A program made the translations under genes and the position numbers. A DNA stretch of 64,000 bases from Candidatus Limnocylindrus sp. (lineage in GTDB: Bacteria > Chloroflexota > Limnocylindria > Limnocylindrales > Limnocylindraceae): contig JBBAWH010000001.1 of the NCBI GenBank assembly GCA_040397235.1, positions 243,640 through 307,639 on the forward strand. Direction: 5' to 3'. Shown in pieces: positions 45,047-57,402 of the stretch (position 1 is the stretch's first letter; each line of letters starts with the position of its first letter). The notes beneath the pieces are model-generated. The model was not told the origin of the DNA, did no database searches, and was given only the letters and a program-made list of their open reading frames with translations.

Positions 45047-45496
45047 CTATGCAGCGAGGGCCGCGTAGGCGCGCTCAACGAGGCCGCACTCTGTCTGGAA
45101 GTCCAGGAGGGCAATCGCCTCATCCATCGGCACCCAGCGCACCTCGTCGAACTCTTTATCCCACTGATCGAACGAACCGCCGATCGCTTCCATCAGGTAG
45201 TAGTGCACCGTTTTGTCGATGCGCTCCCCGCCGCGCGTAAACGAGTAGTGAATGGCATCAAAATACGAGAGGATCTGCACCTCAAGGCCCGTCTCTTCGC
45301 GCACCTCGCGAAGCGCCGTCTCCTCTCGGGTCTCACCCTCTTCAGGGGTCCCCTTCGGAAGTGACCAGATGAAGCCGTCGCGCTCTCGACGACGGCGTCC
45401 AATCACGATCTCTGGCCGGCCGCCGACACCTCGAATGACGAGGCCTCCAGCCGACATTGCGCTGCGGCGTGTTGCTCCCATGCGCTGCTCCCTCAC
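45047..45496 (-). CDS. NUDIX hydrolase
   Basis: 149 aa with the Nudix box GTPEEGETREETALREVREETGLEV (GX5EX7REUXEEXGU). Confidence 0.8.
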   Translation of the reverse strand: MREQRMGATRRSAMSAGGLVIRGVGGRPEIVIGRRRRERDGFIWSLPKGTPEEGETREETALREVREETGLEVQILSYFDAIHYSFTRGGERIDKTVHYYLMEAIGGSFDQWDKEFDEVRWVPMDEAIALLDFQTECGLVERAYAALAA

Positions 45497-45645
45497 CTTA
45501 CCGATGGACGGGCGGCCGGGGCCGTACCCGCAATTGAGCCGATGGTAGCCCCCGCAGCGGCGGCGCGCTGCTCAGGCGCGGGGCGCTACTCTAGTGGCAC
45601 GCGTGGCGACGCAGCAGCAGCCGCGCACAACAGAGGGGAGGGCCC

Positions 45646-48342
<2,697 letters not shown>

Positions 48343-48345
48343 CTG

Positions 48346-49347
48346 CTACTCAAATTGTCCGATCACATCCACGAGAAGGTCCGCAAAACGAGCTGAGTCC
48401 ACCCCTACGGCAACATCCACTGAGGCGGCGCGTCCGCGATCACGTAGCCGCTCGGGGAACCAATCCACCACTGTCCTGCCGCGCTGAAGATCAGCGAGCT
48501 CGATGTCAACAGCGGCGTGCACTACGGCAACGAGTTCAGGGTCCACCAGGTGCGCCACTGCAACCGCGTCATGGATTGCGCAGTAATTCCATCCATAACG
48601 CTCTTGGTAAAACACCTCAAAAAAGCCAAGCAGATCAGAGAAGACGCGTCCGGCTCGGTTGCCAGTCGCCTCAAGGCGCGCCCGCTCAGCGGCCCCCATC
48701 TTGGCAAGATGCGTCGCATCAAGGCCAACCATGGTGATCGGGATCCCGCTTGCGAATACGACAGCGGCAGCATCTGGATCGACGTAGACGTTGAACTCTG
48801 CCGCGCTCGTAACGTTTCCTTCGCCGACCGCACCGCCCATCCATGAGATGTGCGAAACCTTCGAGATCAGCTCGGGGTGCGCTTGGATGAACAGCGCGAT
48901 ATTCGTGAGCGGCCCGAGCGGCGCCAAGACGACCGGCTCTGGCGAAGCGGCAAGGAGCGTTGCAATCAGATCGACCGCGCCAGCTTCGTGCACGTGGCCT
49001 GCGGGTTCTGGAAGGTCTGCCCCCTCGAGGCCCGACTCCCCGTGAACATACGCCGCCGTGAAGAGTGGTCGCACAAGCGGCACCGCAGCACCGGCCGCCA
49101 CAGGCATATCGTGGGCGCCCAACAGCGCGAGTACCCGCCGGGTATTCAGGAAGGTGTTCGGCAGGGTTGAGTTCCCCGCAACTACCGTGACGCCAAGCAG
49201 ATTCAGTTCAGGTCGCGCGATAGCGATAGCAATTGCCATTGCATCATCGTGCCCTGGGTCGCAATCAATGATGAGAGGGAGCGGCTTCGCACGAGTGCCG
49301 AGTGGAGCGCGACGTGGCGAGTTTGGATACGGCGTTGAGAGTGGCAT
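48346..49347 (-). CDS. Inosine-uridine preferring nucleoside hydrolase family protein
   Basis: N-terminal PLIIDCDPGHDDAMAIAIAI (DxDxxxDD calcium/ribose-binding motif). The start is taken at the Met at 49347, because the longer ORF would run into tRNA-Val. Confidence 0.85.
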   Translation of the reverse strand: MPLSTPYPNSPRRAPLGTRAKPLPLIIDCDPGHDDAMAIAIAIARPELNLLGVTVVAGNSTLPNTFLNTRRVLALLGAHDMPVAAGAAVPLVRPLFTAAYVHGESGLEGADLPEPAGHVHEAGAVDLIATLLAASPEPVVLAPLGPLTNIALFIQAHPELISKVSHISWMGGAVGEGNVTSAAEFNVYVDPDAAAVVFASGIPITMVGLDATHLAKMGAAERARLEATGNRAGRVFSDLLGFFEVFYQERYGWNYCAIHDAVAVAHLVDPELVAVVHAAVDIELADLQRGRTVVDWFPERLRDRGRAASVDVAVGVDSARFADLLVDVIGQFE

Positions 49348-49392
49348 TGGATTCGGCGTCAGTGGGCTCACGCGCGGACTATACAGCCTAGG

Positions 49393-49469
<77 letters not shown>

Positions 49470-49491
49470 TAGGGCGGAGATTCTACTAGGT

Positions 49492-49746
49492 TCAGCCAGC
49501 CAGACTCCTGAGGATGAAGTTCTCGAGCAGGTTCAGCACGATCATCGTGACGAGCGGCGACCAGTCCACGCCGCCGAATGTTGGCAGGATGCGCCGGGCT
49601 GGGGCGAGGATCGGCTCGCTCATGTCGTAGATGATTCGCGAGATCCGATAGTTGCCGGAGGGGTCGAACCAGGAGAGGAGTACGCGCCCCAGAATTACCC
49701 ACCAAAGGGTCTGAAAAACGAGACCAACGATCGCTGACGTACTCAT
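49492..49746 (-). CDS. YggT family membrane protein
   Basis: 84 aa with two TM helices and YggT-like sequence (LLSWFDPSGNYRISRIIYDMSEPIL). Confidence 0.8.
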   Translation of the reverse strand: MSTSAIVGLVFQTLWWVILGRVLLSWFDPSGNYRISRIIYDMSEPILAPARRILPTFGGVDWSPLVTMIVLNLLENFILRSLAG

Positions 49747-49755
49747 ACCTACAGC

Positions 49756-50460
49756 CTACCCGCGCGGCCCAAAGAGCGCGCTCCCCACCCGCACCTCGGT
49801 GGAGCCCTCGCTGATCGCGACCTCGAAGTCGCCGCTCATCCCCGCGGAGCGCAGTGGTCCAAGGTGTAAGCCGAGCGCCTGTGCGTCGGCGTCCACTTGT
49901 GCTGCAAGTGTTTGGAACTGGGCGAAGGTTGGGCGTGCCGCCTCCCCACCCGCCGTGAGCCTCCCCACCGTAAAGAGCCCGGCCAAGGTGACTGGAGCGC
50001 CTTTAACGGTTGCGGCGATGGCGGGAAGTGCCGCGCGCAGGCCCTCGGGCGTGAAGCCCGACTTGGCCGGATCTTCGTCCACGTTCACCTGGAGTGCGAT
50101 CTTGATCGGTTTGGCTCTCTCGGTGGCGAGTGCGGCGATGCGCTCGAGCAGGTCAACGCTGCCCACGGTGGCGATGCGGTCCGCAGCCTCCATCGCGCGT
50201 CGCGCCTTGTTGGACTGCAGCGGGCCGATCAGCACCCAGGTGAGGTTCGCCGTGGGTCGCAGAGCCGCAACGGCGGCGCGCTTCGCTTCGAGCTCTTGCA
50301 CGCGGTTCTCACCGAAGAGGGTGCATCCAGCGTCTACGACAACCGCGATCTGTTCGGCGGCCACACCCTTCGTGACCACCATGAGTTCGGCGGGGCCAGC
50401 GGCGCGCACGCGCGCTAATAGCTCGCGATAGCGGGTGGTGAGATCAGCGGCGCTTAGCAT
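49756..50460 (-). CDS. PLP-binding protein YggS/PLPHP family
   Basis: 234 aa. The VVTKGVAAEQ...LFGENRVQE alanine-racemase-N-like fold signature is present. Confidence 0.85.
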   Translation of the reverse strand: MLSAADLTTRYRELLARVRAAGPAELMVVTKGVAAEQIAVVVDAGCTLFGENRVQELEAKRAAVAALRPTANLTWVLIGPLQSNKARRAMEAADRIATVGSVDLLERIAALATERAKPIKIALQVNVDEDPAKSGFTPEGLRAALPAIAATVKGAPVTLAGLFTVGRLTAGGEAARPTFAQFQTLAAQVDADAQALGLHLGPLRSAGMSGDFEVAISEGSTEVRVGSALFGPRG

Positions 50461-50482
50461 CGCCTGAGGTTACCCCCAGCAA

Positions 50483-51694
50483 CTAGGAGATGCGGTTGCG
50501 CGGACGCAGGAAGGCTGGGATATCGAGATCGCTTAAGTCGACCTCTTCTGGCTGCGGAGCGACTGGCAGAGGTGCCTGGTCGGCCTCGTCACGGCCAACT
50601 GGGGTCAACTCAGGTGTGGGGGTGTAGGTGAGGCTCCCCGTCGGAGCCTCCTGCACGGCGACGCCATCGTCACGCAGGCTCCATGCGCCACTATCGGTCG
50701 CTCGGTATGGGGCGCGTGGGCTGGAGGTCGAACCCTGTCGATCCGCTGAGAAGCCGGTGGCAATCACGGTGATCTGAATCTCATCGCCGAGCGACTCGTC
50801 GAGCGAGGTGCCGAAGATGATGTTCGCCTCGTCGTCTGCGCGTGCGGTTATGTGGTTGATCGCCTCGTTCACCTCATGGAGTGTGACGGTGGCCGAAGCG
50901 GCGACGTTGATCAGCACGCCTGTAGCGCCCTGGATGTCGACCTCGAGGAGTGGTGAGGCAATCGCGATCTCGGCTGCGGAGGTGGCACGGTTCTCGCCAC
51001 TGGCGCGACCGATCCCCATCAGGGCGGAGCCAGCGTCGCGCATGATCGAACGCACGTCAGCGAAGTCGAGGTTGATGATGCCAGGCACCGTGATGACATC
51101 GCTGACGCCCTTGACCGCCTGGCGCAGCACGTCGTCGGCGATGCGGAACGAGTCTTCCATAGAGGTCTGGCGGCTCACGACACTCAGGAGTCGCTCGTTA
51201 GGAATAACGATGAGGGTGTCGACATGCTTGCGCAGTTCGATCACGGCAGCCTCGGCTACCGCAGCCCGTCGCTTCCCCTCAAAGACGAACGGCTTGGTGA
51301 CGATGCCGATCGTGAGGGCGCCAATCTCCTTGGCGATCTTCGCAATGACAGGGGCAGCGCCCGAGCCAGTGCCGCCACCCATGCCAGCGGTCACAAAGAC
51401 GAGGTCGGAGCCCTCAAGGGCGGCGCGCAGATTTTCGATATCTTCCTGGGCGGCACGCTCACCCACGGCAGAGTCACCGCCGGCGCCGAGGCCGCGAGAG
51501 ATCCCGTCACCAATGCGGATGCGGGTTGGGGCATGGGACTTCACCAACGCCTGGGCATCGGTATTCACGGCGATGAACTCCACGCCGAGGAGCTCGGCGC
51601 GAATCATGCGGTTGACGGCGTTGGACCCTGCGCCGCCGACACCGACGACGCGAATGAGCGCGAAATTCTCGGTTTGCGCTGCCATCGACTCCAT
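50483..51694 (-). CDS. ftsZ: Cell division GTPase FtsZ
   Basis: Tubulin signature GGGTGSGAAPVIA, N-terminus IRVVGVGGAGSNAVNRM and a C-terminal conserved peptide DIPAFLR. Confidence 0.95.
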   Translation of the reverse strand: MESMAAQTENFALIRVVGVGGAGSNAVNRMIRAELLGVEFIAVNTDAQALVKSHAPTRIRIGDGISRGLGAGGDSAVGERAAQEDIENLRAALEGSDLVFVTAGMGGGTGSGAAPVIAKIAKEIGALTIGIVTKPFVFEGKRRAAVAEAAVIELRKHVDTLIVIPNERLLSVVSRQTSMEDSFRIADDVLRQAVKGVSDVITVPGIINLDFADVRSIMRDAGSALMGIGRASGENRATSAAEIAIASPLLEVDIQGATGVLINVAASATVTLHEVNEAINHITARADDEANIIFGTSLDESLGDEIQITVIATGFSADRQGSTSSPRAPYRATDSGAWSLRDDGVAVQEAPTGSLTYTPTPELTPVGRDEADQAPLPVAPQPEEVDLSDLDIPAFLRPRNRIS

Positions 51695-51814
51695 GCCCTC
51701 CGAACCTGTTGCCTCGACTCTGCGCCGCCCGGGGCTAGCCCCGTTTAGACGACGCCCTCCCGTCGATCCCGCGCAGTGTAGCAGCGCCCCGCCCGCTATT
51801 CGCGGCGGGTTGGG

Positions 51815-53056
51815 TTACCCCCGAATACGACCGAAGAGGTTGCGCACCCCCCCGAAGAGGCGCCCTACGAATCCTGCTTCTGGCTCCTCGGCGATCCCCG
51901 CCTCATCCAGGCCGCGAGCGACCCAAGAGAAGAGGCCGAGCACGGCCGCCTGGCCAGGCCCACGGAACTCGTCGAGGATCCCCAAAATTGGCCCAGTTGG
52001 CGATGCAACGCGAACCGGCGCCTTCAGGATCTCACGTCCAAGCGCCTCGACGCCTTGAAGCAGCGCCCCACCGCCGGTCAAGACAACGCCTGCGCTGGTC
52101 ACCTCTGGGCCCGCCTTGGCGATCACGCCAGCGATCAGTTCAAAGATCTCGCTCATACGTGGCTCAATGATGCGAGCGAGCTCGAGTCGGCCAATGCGCC
52201 GACCAGCTGGCTCATCGGGAACGTTGTACTGCTCCGCGTCACTGGCGGTGCGCGGGTCGCAGGTGCCGTAGGTCATCTTCAGCTCTTCGGCGGCAAGGAG
52301 GCTTGTCTTGAGCCCGATCGCCACGTCACGAGTAATGAAGGCGCCGCCGATTGGCAGGACCGCCGTATAGACGACCGCATTCTGGTGGAAGATCGCGATA
52401 TCGCAGGTCTCTGCCCCGACATCAACCAGGACTGTTCCGAGTTCACGCTCGGTCTCAGTGAGCGTCAGCTCGGCAGCGGCGAGCGACGCTGGAACGTAAT
52501 CGTCGACCGCGATGCCAGCAGCCTGCACGCACTTCTCAAGATTCTGCACGGCGGTGCTGCCGGCGGTGATGAGGTGCGCGCGAGCCTCGAGTCGGTAGGC
52601 GATCATGCCCCGTGGCTGCTGGATCCCCTCCTGGCCATCCACGATGTACGACGAGGGAAGCACATTGAGCAACATGCGCGAGTTCGGTACCTCGATCGCA
52701 CGGCAGACCTCAAGGACGCGATCCACGTCGTCATCGCGAATCTCACGATCGGGATTGGCGACGGCTACCTGGCCGCTCGTGTTCACCCCCAGCACATGGT
52801 TCCCGGAGATGGTGATCGTGGCGTGCTCAATGTGATAACCGGAGAGGCGCTCAGCGGCATCAACGGCGGCGCGGATTGCGGCGCCCGTCTTCTCGATGTC
52901 GGTGACAACACCCTTGCGCATCCCTTGGTTCGGGTAGGTCCCCTTACCAATGACGCTGATGGAGCCATTCTCGCCACCAATGTGCGCAATGGCGCATGAA
53001 ACCTTCGAGGTGCCGATATCAATCGCGGCGATCGTTGTGTAGCGCTCTTCTGCCAT
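51815..53056 (-). CDS. ftsA: Cell division protein FtsA
   Basis: 413-aa actin-fold ORF (IAAIDIGTSKVSCAIA...) upstream of ftsZ. Confidence 0.95.
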   Translation of the reverse strand: MAEERYTTIAAIDIGTSKVSCAIAHIGGENGSISVIGKGTYPNQGMRKGVVTDIEKTGAAIRAAVDAAERLSGYHIEHATITISGNHVLGVNTSGQVAVANPDREIRDDDVDRVLEVCRAIEVPNSRMLLNVLPSSYIVDGQEGIQQPRGMIAYRLEARAHLITAGSTAVQNLEKCVQAAGIAVDDYVPASLAAAELTLTETERELGTVLVDVGAETCDIAIFHQNAVVYTAVLPIGGAFITRDVAIGLKTSLLAAEELKMTYGTCDPRTASDAEQYNVPDEPAGRRIGRLELARIIEPRMSEIFELIAGVIAKAGPEVTSAGVVLTGGGALLQGVEALGREILKAPVRVASPTGPILGILDEFRGPGQAAVLGLFSWVARGLDEAGIAEEPEAGFVGRLFGGVRNLFGRIRG

Positions 53057-53136
53057 TTAGTTGCCCCCTCCACTCTGTGCGCTCATCTTGCGCATCATAC
53101 CCCTGCTCACCCGAACGCCACGCCCTTTCTGCACCA

Positions 53137-54225
53137 TCACGGGCTCACCGTGGGGGCTGCGGGGCTTGGCGATGGATCAGAGGGAGCCGGGCTAGTGCTG
53201 GGGCTGGGACTTGGACCCACGGATGGTGGTGGCGGTCGCACACCCTTCGCCGTGTAGGTGCCAGCCTGGTCGTCGGCGAGGATGACCCAACCGATCCGCG
53301 TCTCCCGTCCGGCGAGCAGGCTGCGCAAGAGGCGGACCTGGCCCGGGATCATGCTCGTTGGGCGAATGGTGGCGGAGTAGATGCCGAAGACTGAATGCCA
53401 CTCGATCGATGGCCCGGTGGCCACCACGACGAAGCCGAAATCGCTGAGGAGGCGGAGGGTCAGGGTGGTGGCGCCGGTGCCGAAGTCCTCTGGCGTCAGG
53501 GAGGCCAGGCGCGTGGCCACATCGAGCTCGGTTGCCGTGAGTTGCCGAACTGTAAGGAGTGGGCTTGGCACGCGATCGTCGTAAAGGAGGGGGGCTGCCG
53601 CAAGTGCGGCTGCCGCCGTCGGCGCCAGATCGAGCGTGTCGATGTTGCCAAGAAGTTCGCCACTCTCGGTGACGGCATAGGCCAGGTCGCCAATCTGCCA
53701 GCGCAGTAGAAGCGACTTCTCGCGCACTCGAATCTGAATCCCATCGGGAAGCCCAGCGCTGACCCGCACAGAGGCGACGAGCGGTAGCGCTGCCACCGCC
53801 TCCTCTGCGGCGCGGAGGTTCACGCCGAGGAGGCTGCTGCCGATCGGAATGTTTGCAGCCGCGATCACCGCATCGGGATCAAGGAGTAGGGCGCCGACGA
53901 CTGAGATGTTGCCGACCGTCGTGAGGCTGGCGCGCGCAGCCACCGGAGGTAGGAGGAACGCCGCCACCAAGAGTGCGCCGAGGGCAATCGGGCGCAGCCG
54001 AGCCGCCGCTCCAGGGGTGAGACGTGGACCTCGCCCCGACGTCGCGCCAGGCTCTTCGTTCGGGTGCTGATTCGCGGAGCCTCTGACTGGCGTCACGCCA
54101 GCGCGCCGACGGCTTCCGCCAAGCCCAGGGCGTACGCCGAGCGGCGCCTCACCCGGGGCGAATGGTCGTGCGCCTGCACCGCGATGCTGCCCGCGATCCC
54201 CTGTCGATGATCTGCGATCGCTCAT
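53137..54225 (-). CDS. ftsQ: Cell division protein FtsQ/DivIB with disordered Arg/Gly N-terminus and Pro/Ser-rich C-terminal tail
   Basis: Single TM helix (IALGALLVAAFLLPPVAA) followed by a POTRA-like region. It sits between ddl and ftsA. Confidence 0.65.
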   Translation of the reverse strand: MSDRRSSTGDRGQHRGAGARPFAPGEAPLGVRPGLGGSRRRAGVTPVRGSANQHPNEEPGATSGRGPRLTPGAAARLRPIALGALLVAAFLLPPVAARASLTTVGNISVVGALLLDPDAVIAAANIPIGSSLLGVNLRAAEEAVAALPLVASVRVSAGLPDGIQIRVREKSLLLRWQIGDLAYAVTESGELLGNIDTLDLAPTAAAALAAAPLLYDDRVPSPLLTVRQLTATELDVATRLASLTPEDFGTGATTLTLRLLSDFGFVVVATGPSIEWHSVFGIYSATIRPTSMIPGQVRLLRSLLAGRETRIGWVILADDQAGTYTAKGVRPPPPSVGPSPSPSTSPAPSDPSPSPAAPTVSP

Positions 54226-55346
54226 TGCGCGCTACGCGACGCAGGACGCGCCGCCGCTGCAGCGACAAGCTCAACGCACAGCTCCGTAAAGCTCGAGCCG
54301 CCCGACATCACTAGTGCGGGGAAGAGCGAGATCGGCGTGAAGCCAGGGAAGGTATTCACCTCTGAGAGGTACCAGTGGCCGGCGCGTTCGCCGCTCCGCG
54401 CCATCAAGAAGTCCATGCGTGCGAGGCCACGACTCTGGGCGGCGGTGAAGAGCGCAACGGCGGCGGCGCGCATCTCATCTGCCAGAGCCGGTGGCAGGTC
54501 GCTTGACGTCGTGGTGCGCGAGACGCCCGGCGCGTACTTGGCGTCGTAATCGTAAAACTCACGGCCGGGAAACACCTCGCCAGGGCCGAATGCCTGCACC
54601 GATCCGTTCGTGCGCTCGAGAACAGCAACCTCCAGCTCGCGGGCGCGCTCAAGATAAGGCTCAAGCATCGCGCGATCGCCAAAGCGCAACGCCTCGTCAA
54701 CCGCATCTGCCCAATCGGCTGACGTGTGCGCGATCTTCATGCCGATAGACGATCCGTGCGCTGCGGGCTTGCCGATCAGTGCGCCCGTCGACGTGTGCTC
54801 GTTGGCAAATGCGGCGATGGTACGAAGGAGACCCTCGCGGTCTGACGACCACTCGCCTTGTGTGATGACGAGCTCGGGGAGCGTCGCTACTCCGCCTTTG
54901 CGCGCGAGCGCCTTGAAGCGCGGTTTGTCCATGCCGAGGGCGGCGACTGCGGGGGTGTCACCGACATAGTTCAGCCCGGCCGCCGCAGCCGCTGCGGCGA
55001 TCGTGCCATCTTCATCGCCCGGTCCATGCAGCGCAGGGACGACGATCGTTGCTGGTGCCGATGCGGCAACGCTTTGGAGATAGGTATCGAGCGCCATGGG
55101 CTGTGTGCCACGGAGCGCTGGCGCGGTGAGATCCGTGTATGCGCCGCCAGGGAGATCGCCGCGGCGGTGTGCCGCTGGCAACGGTCGAAGCGAACCATCT
55201 CGTGCGATATGTGCCTGCGTTACGTGCAGCCCTGCATCGAGCAGCGCAGCGGCGATGGCGGTGCCAGAGATCGTGGAGATATCTGACTCCGCGCTCCTCC
55301 CGCCGAAGAGCACGAGGACTGGTGGGAGTGCGCTGTGCCCACTCAC
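54222..55346 (-). CDS. ddl: D-alanine--D-alanine ligase
   Basis: VLVLFGGRSAESDIS... and an ATP-grasp C-terminal half. It has 4-nt overlaps with ftsQ and murB. Confidence 0.9.
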   Translation of the reverse strand: MSGHSALPPVLVLFGGRSAESDISTISGTAIAAALLDAGLHVTQAHIARDGSLRPLPAAHRRGDLPGGAYTDLTAPALRGTQPMALDTYLQSVAASAPATIVVPALHGPGDEDGTIAAAAAAAGLNYVGDTPAVAALGMDKPRFKALARKGGVATLPELVITQGEWSSDREGLLRTIAAFANEHTSTGALIGKPAAHGSSIGMKIAHTSADWADAVDEALRFGDRAMLEPYLERARELEVAVLERTNGSVQAFGPGEVFPGREFYDYDAKYAPGVSRTTTSSDLPPALADEMRAAAVALFTAAQSRGLARMDFLMARSGERAGHWYLSEVNTFPGFTPISLFPALVMSGGSSFTELCVELVAAAAARPASRSAQ

Positions 55347-56302
55347 GCGGCGGACTCCCCGATGAAGGCGATCTCAGTGGCGAGGATGATCCCGCTCTGC
55401 GTAAGGACCGCATCGCGGCAGGTGTCGTGGAGCGCGCGGATCTCCGCTGCGGTTGCTCCCCCACGATTGAGGATCCAGTTGGCGTGCATCTCGGAGACCT
55501 CTGCGCCGCCCACGCGCACCCCCTTCATACCCGCAGCCTCAATGAGAGCGCCCGCGCTCAGCTCGCCTGGGGGATTGCGAAAGACGCTGCCAGCGCTCGG
55601 AATGCCGAGCGGCTGATGCTCGCGACGCCAGCGGCGAATCTCCTCAAGATGCGACTTGATCAGCTCTGGCTCGCCTGGTGTCAGGGTGACCCTCGCCCCC
55701 AGAATCACCTCGCTGCCCCCCTCTGGTCGCTTGAATCGCGACTCGCGGTAGCTGAACGCGGCGTCGGCGATAGAGATCTCTGACTCGGAGCCATCCGCGC
55801 GGAGGAGCGTGATGGAGGTGGTGATCGCGGCCATCTCGCCGCCGTGCGCTCCAGCATTTGCCCAGATTGCGCCACCGATATTCCCCGGAATGGCGAGGGC
55901 GAACTCAAGCCCGGTGAGCCCCGCCTCGGCGGCAATCGTCGACGCCTTCGCCATGGGGACCCCTGAATCGAAGGAGATCGTTCCCGCAACACGATCGACG
56001 TCGTACCCCGCGCTGCGATTGAGGGCAACGATGCCACGAATGCCATAGTCCCCCACCACCACATTGCTGCCGCGCCCAAGGATGCGCAGTGGCCAGCCGC
56101 GTGACGCAGCGAGGCGAACCAGCCCACGCAGGGCGAAGCGATCGCGAATGGTGACCATGAGGTCGGCCGGCCCACCGACACGCATCGTGGTGTGTTCGGC
56201 GAGTGGCTCGTTGCGCAGCACCTTCAAGCTGAGTCGGCGCTCCAGTTCGCGAGCGGCAACCTCGGCATCGGCCCACGGCTGATGCGTGTGCACCTCGCTC
56301 AT
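55343..56302 (-). CDS. murB: UDP-N-acetylenolpyruvoylglucosamine reductase
   Basis: 319 aa with an FAD-binding PCMH domain (TTMRVGGPADL..., GRGSNVVV). Confidence 0.9.
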   Translation of the reverse strand: MSEVHTHQPWADAEVAARELERRLSLKVLRNEPLAEHTTMRVGGPADLMVTIRDRFALRGLVRLAASRGWPLRILGRGSNVVVGDYGIRGIVALNRSAGYDVDRVAGTISFDSGVPMAKASTIAAEAGLTGLEFALAIPGNIGGAIWANAGAHGGEMAAITTSITLLRADGSESEISIADAAFSYRESRFKRPEGGSEVILGARVTLTPGEPELIKSHLEEIRRWRREHQPLGIPSAGSVFRNPPGELSAGALIEAAGMKGVRVGGAEVSEMHANWILNRGGATAAEIRALHDTCRDAVLTQSGIILATEIAFIGESAA

Positions 56303-57402
56303 TCCCGACCGCCCAGTTGCAGCAGCCTCTGCGCGATGACCATCGCGGCATCAGGGTGCGCCAACGTTGTAGCGGCACGCGCCGCTGCAGCGCGCTGTGC
56401 TGGCGTCGCATAGTCGGCAACCGCCGCGAGAAGGCGTTCGGAGGTCAGCTCCTCATCGTTAATCAGCGTCACAGCGCCAGCCGCTGCGGCGGCCTCTGCA
56501 TTGGCGCGTTGATGGCCGCCGGCAAATGGGTACGGCACGATGATGGCGGGGAGCCCAGCGGCGGCCGCTTCGGCAATTGTTGATGCACCGGCGCGTCCGA
56601 GCATCAGATCGGCGGAGACGAGTGCCCCCTCCATCTCTCCCCCACCCAGGAATGCGACGGGCAGGTAGCGGTCACGCAGCTCCGCAGGGAGGCTCGCTCG
56701 TCGACGCTCTGCATCGGGGAGGCCCTCCATCACCACGTGCAGGACGCTCCACCCCGTGAGCAGCGTTGCAAGCGCACCGGCGAGTGCCGTCTCGAATCGA
56801 CGAACGCGCTGCGAGCCGCCGAACACCAAGAGGAGTTGATCGCTCTCGCTGAGGCCGCGCGCAGTTCGTGCCGTTGTGCGATCAATCGTGAGCTCGCGCA
56901 CAGGGGTGCCGGTCACGGTCGTCTTCGCACCGCTCCATGGCGCGCGCTCTGCCGTCTGCCGCCAGGCAACTGCGCGATGTGAGGCGAGCGGTGCAACGAG
57001 GGTGTTCGATCGTCCCGCCTGTACGTTCCCCTCCCATAGGAGGCTCGGCGTGCGCGTGAGCCACGCGGCGATCAGCGTAGGGATGGCGATGTATCCACCC
57101 GTGGAGAAGATCACGTCGGGTCGCACGCGACGGATCAGGCGAATCGCCTGCAGGATTGACCAGAGCAGCTTGGCGGCATCACGCGCCGTCGCGAGCAACC
57201 ATGCGCCGCTCGGTCGCAGACTTGGGGCGGCCAAAAGCGTCAACGGGTACCCCGCCTCTGGAACAAGGCGCGACTCGACGCCACGTGCGCCGCCGAGCCA
57301 GCTGATCTCAGCGTCGGAGTGGAGCTGGCGAACCGTACGAGCTACGGCGAACGCGGGGAAGAGATGTCCCCCCGTTCCGCCACCCGCGATTAGCACGCGC
57401 AT
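56299..57402 (-). CDS. murG: UDP-GlcNAc:lipid I GlcNAc transferase MurG
   Basis: MRVLIAGGGTGGHLFPA classic N-terminus with AGGAGG 5 nt upstream of the ATG at 57402. The ORF track extends it to 57438. Confidence 0.9.
   Translation of the reverse strand: MRVLIAGGGTGGHLFPAFAVARTVRQLHSDAEISWLGGARGVESRLVPEAGYPLTLLAAPSLRPSGAWLLATARDAAKLLWSILQAIRLIRRVRPDVIFSTGGYIAIPTLIAAWLTRTPSLLWEGNVQAGRSNTLVAPLASHRAVAWRQTAERAPWSGAKTTVTGTPVRELTIDRTTARTARGLSESDQLLLVFGGSQRVRRFETALAGALATLLTGWSVLHVVMEGLPDAERRRASLPAELRDRYLPVAFLGGGEMEGALVSADLMLGRAGASTIAEAAAAGLPAIIVPYPFAGGHQRANAEAAAAAGAVTLINDEELTSERLLAAVADYATPAQRAAAARAATTLAHPDAAMVIAQRLLQLGGRE

Noticed and set aside
45546-45563. GCAGCG-N6-CGCTGC inverted repeat in the NUDIX/acnA divergent promoter region
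   Set aside because: Short GC-rich palindromes of this type occur by chance at high frequency in a ~67% GC genome. It does not match any operator consensus I can place (for example an iron or aconitase regulator).
50808-52058. 416-aa + strand ORF
   Set aside because: Antisense to ftsZ and ftsA. It is Ala/Pro/Ser/Arg-rich with no signature.
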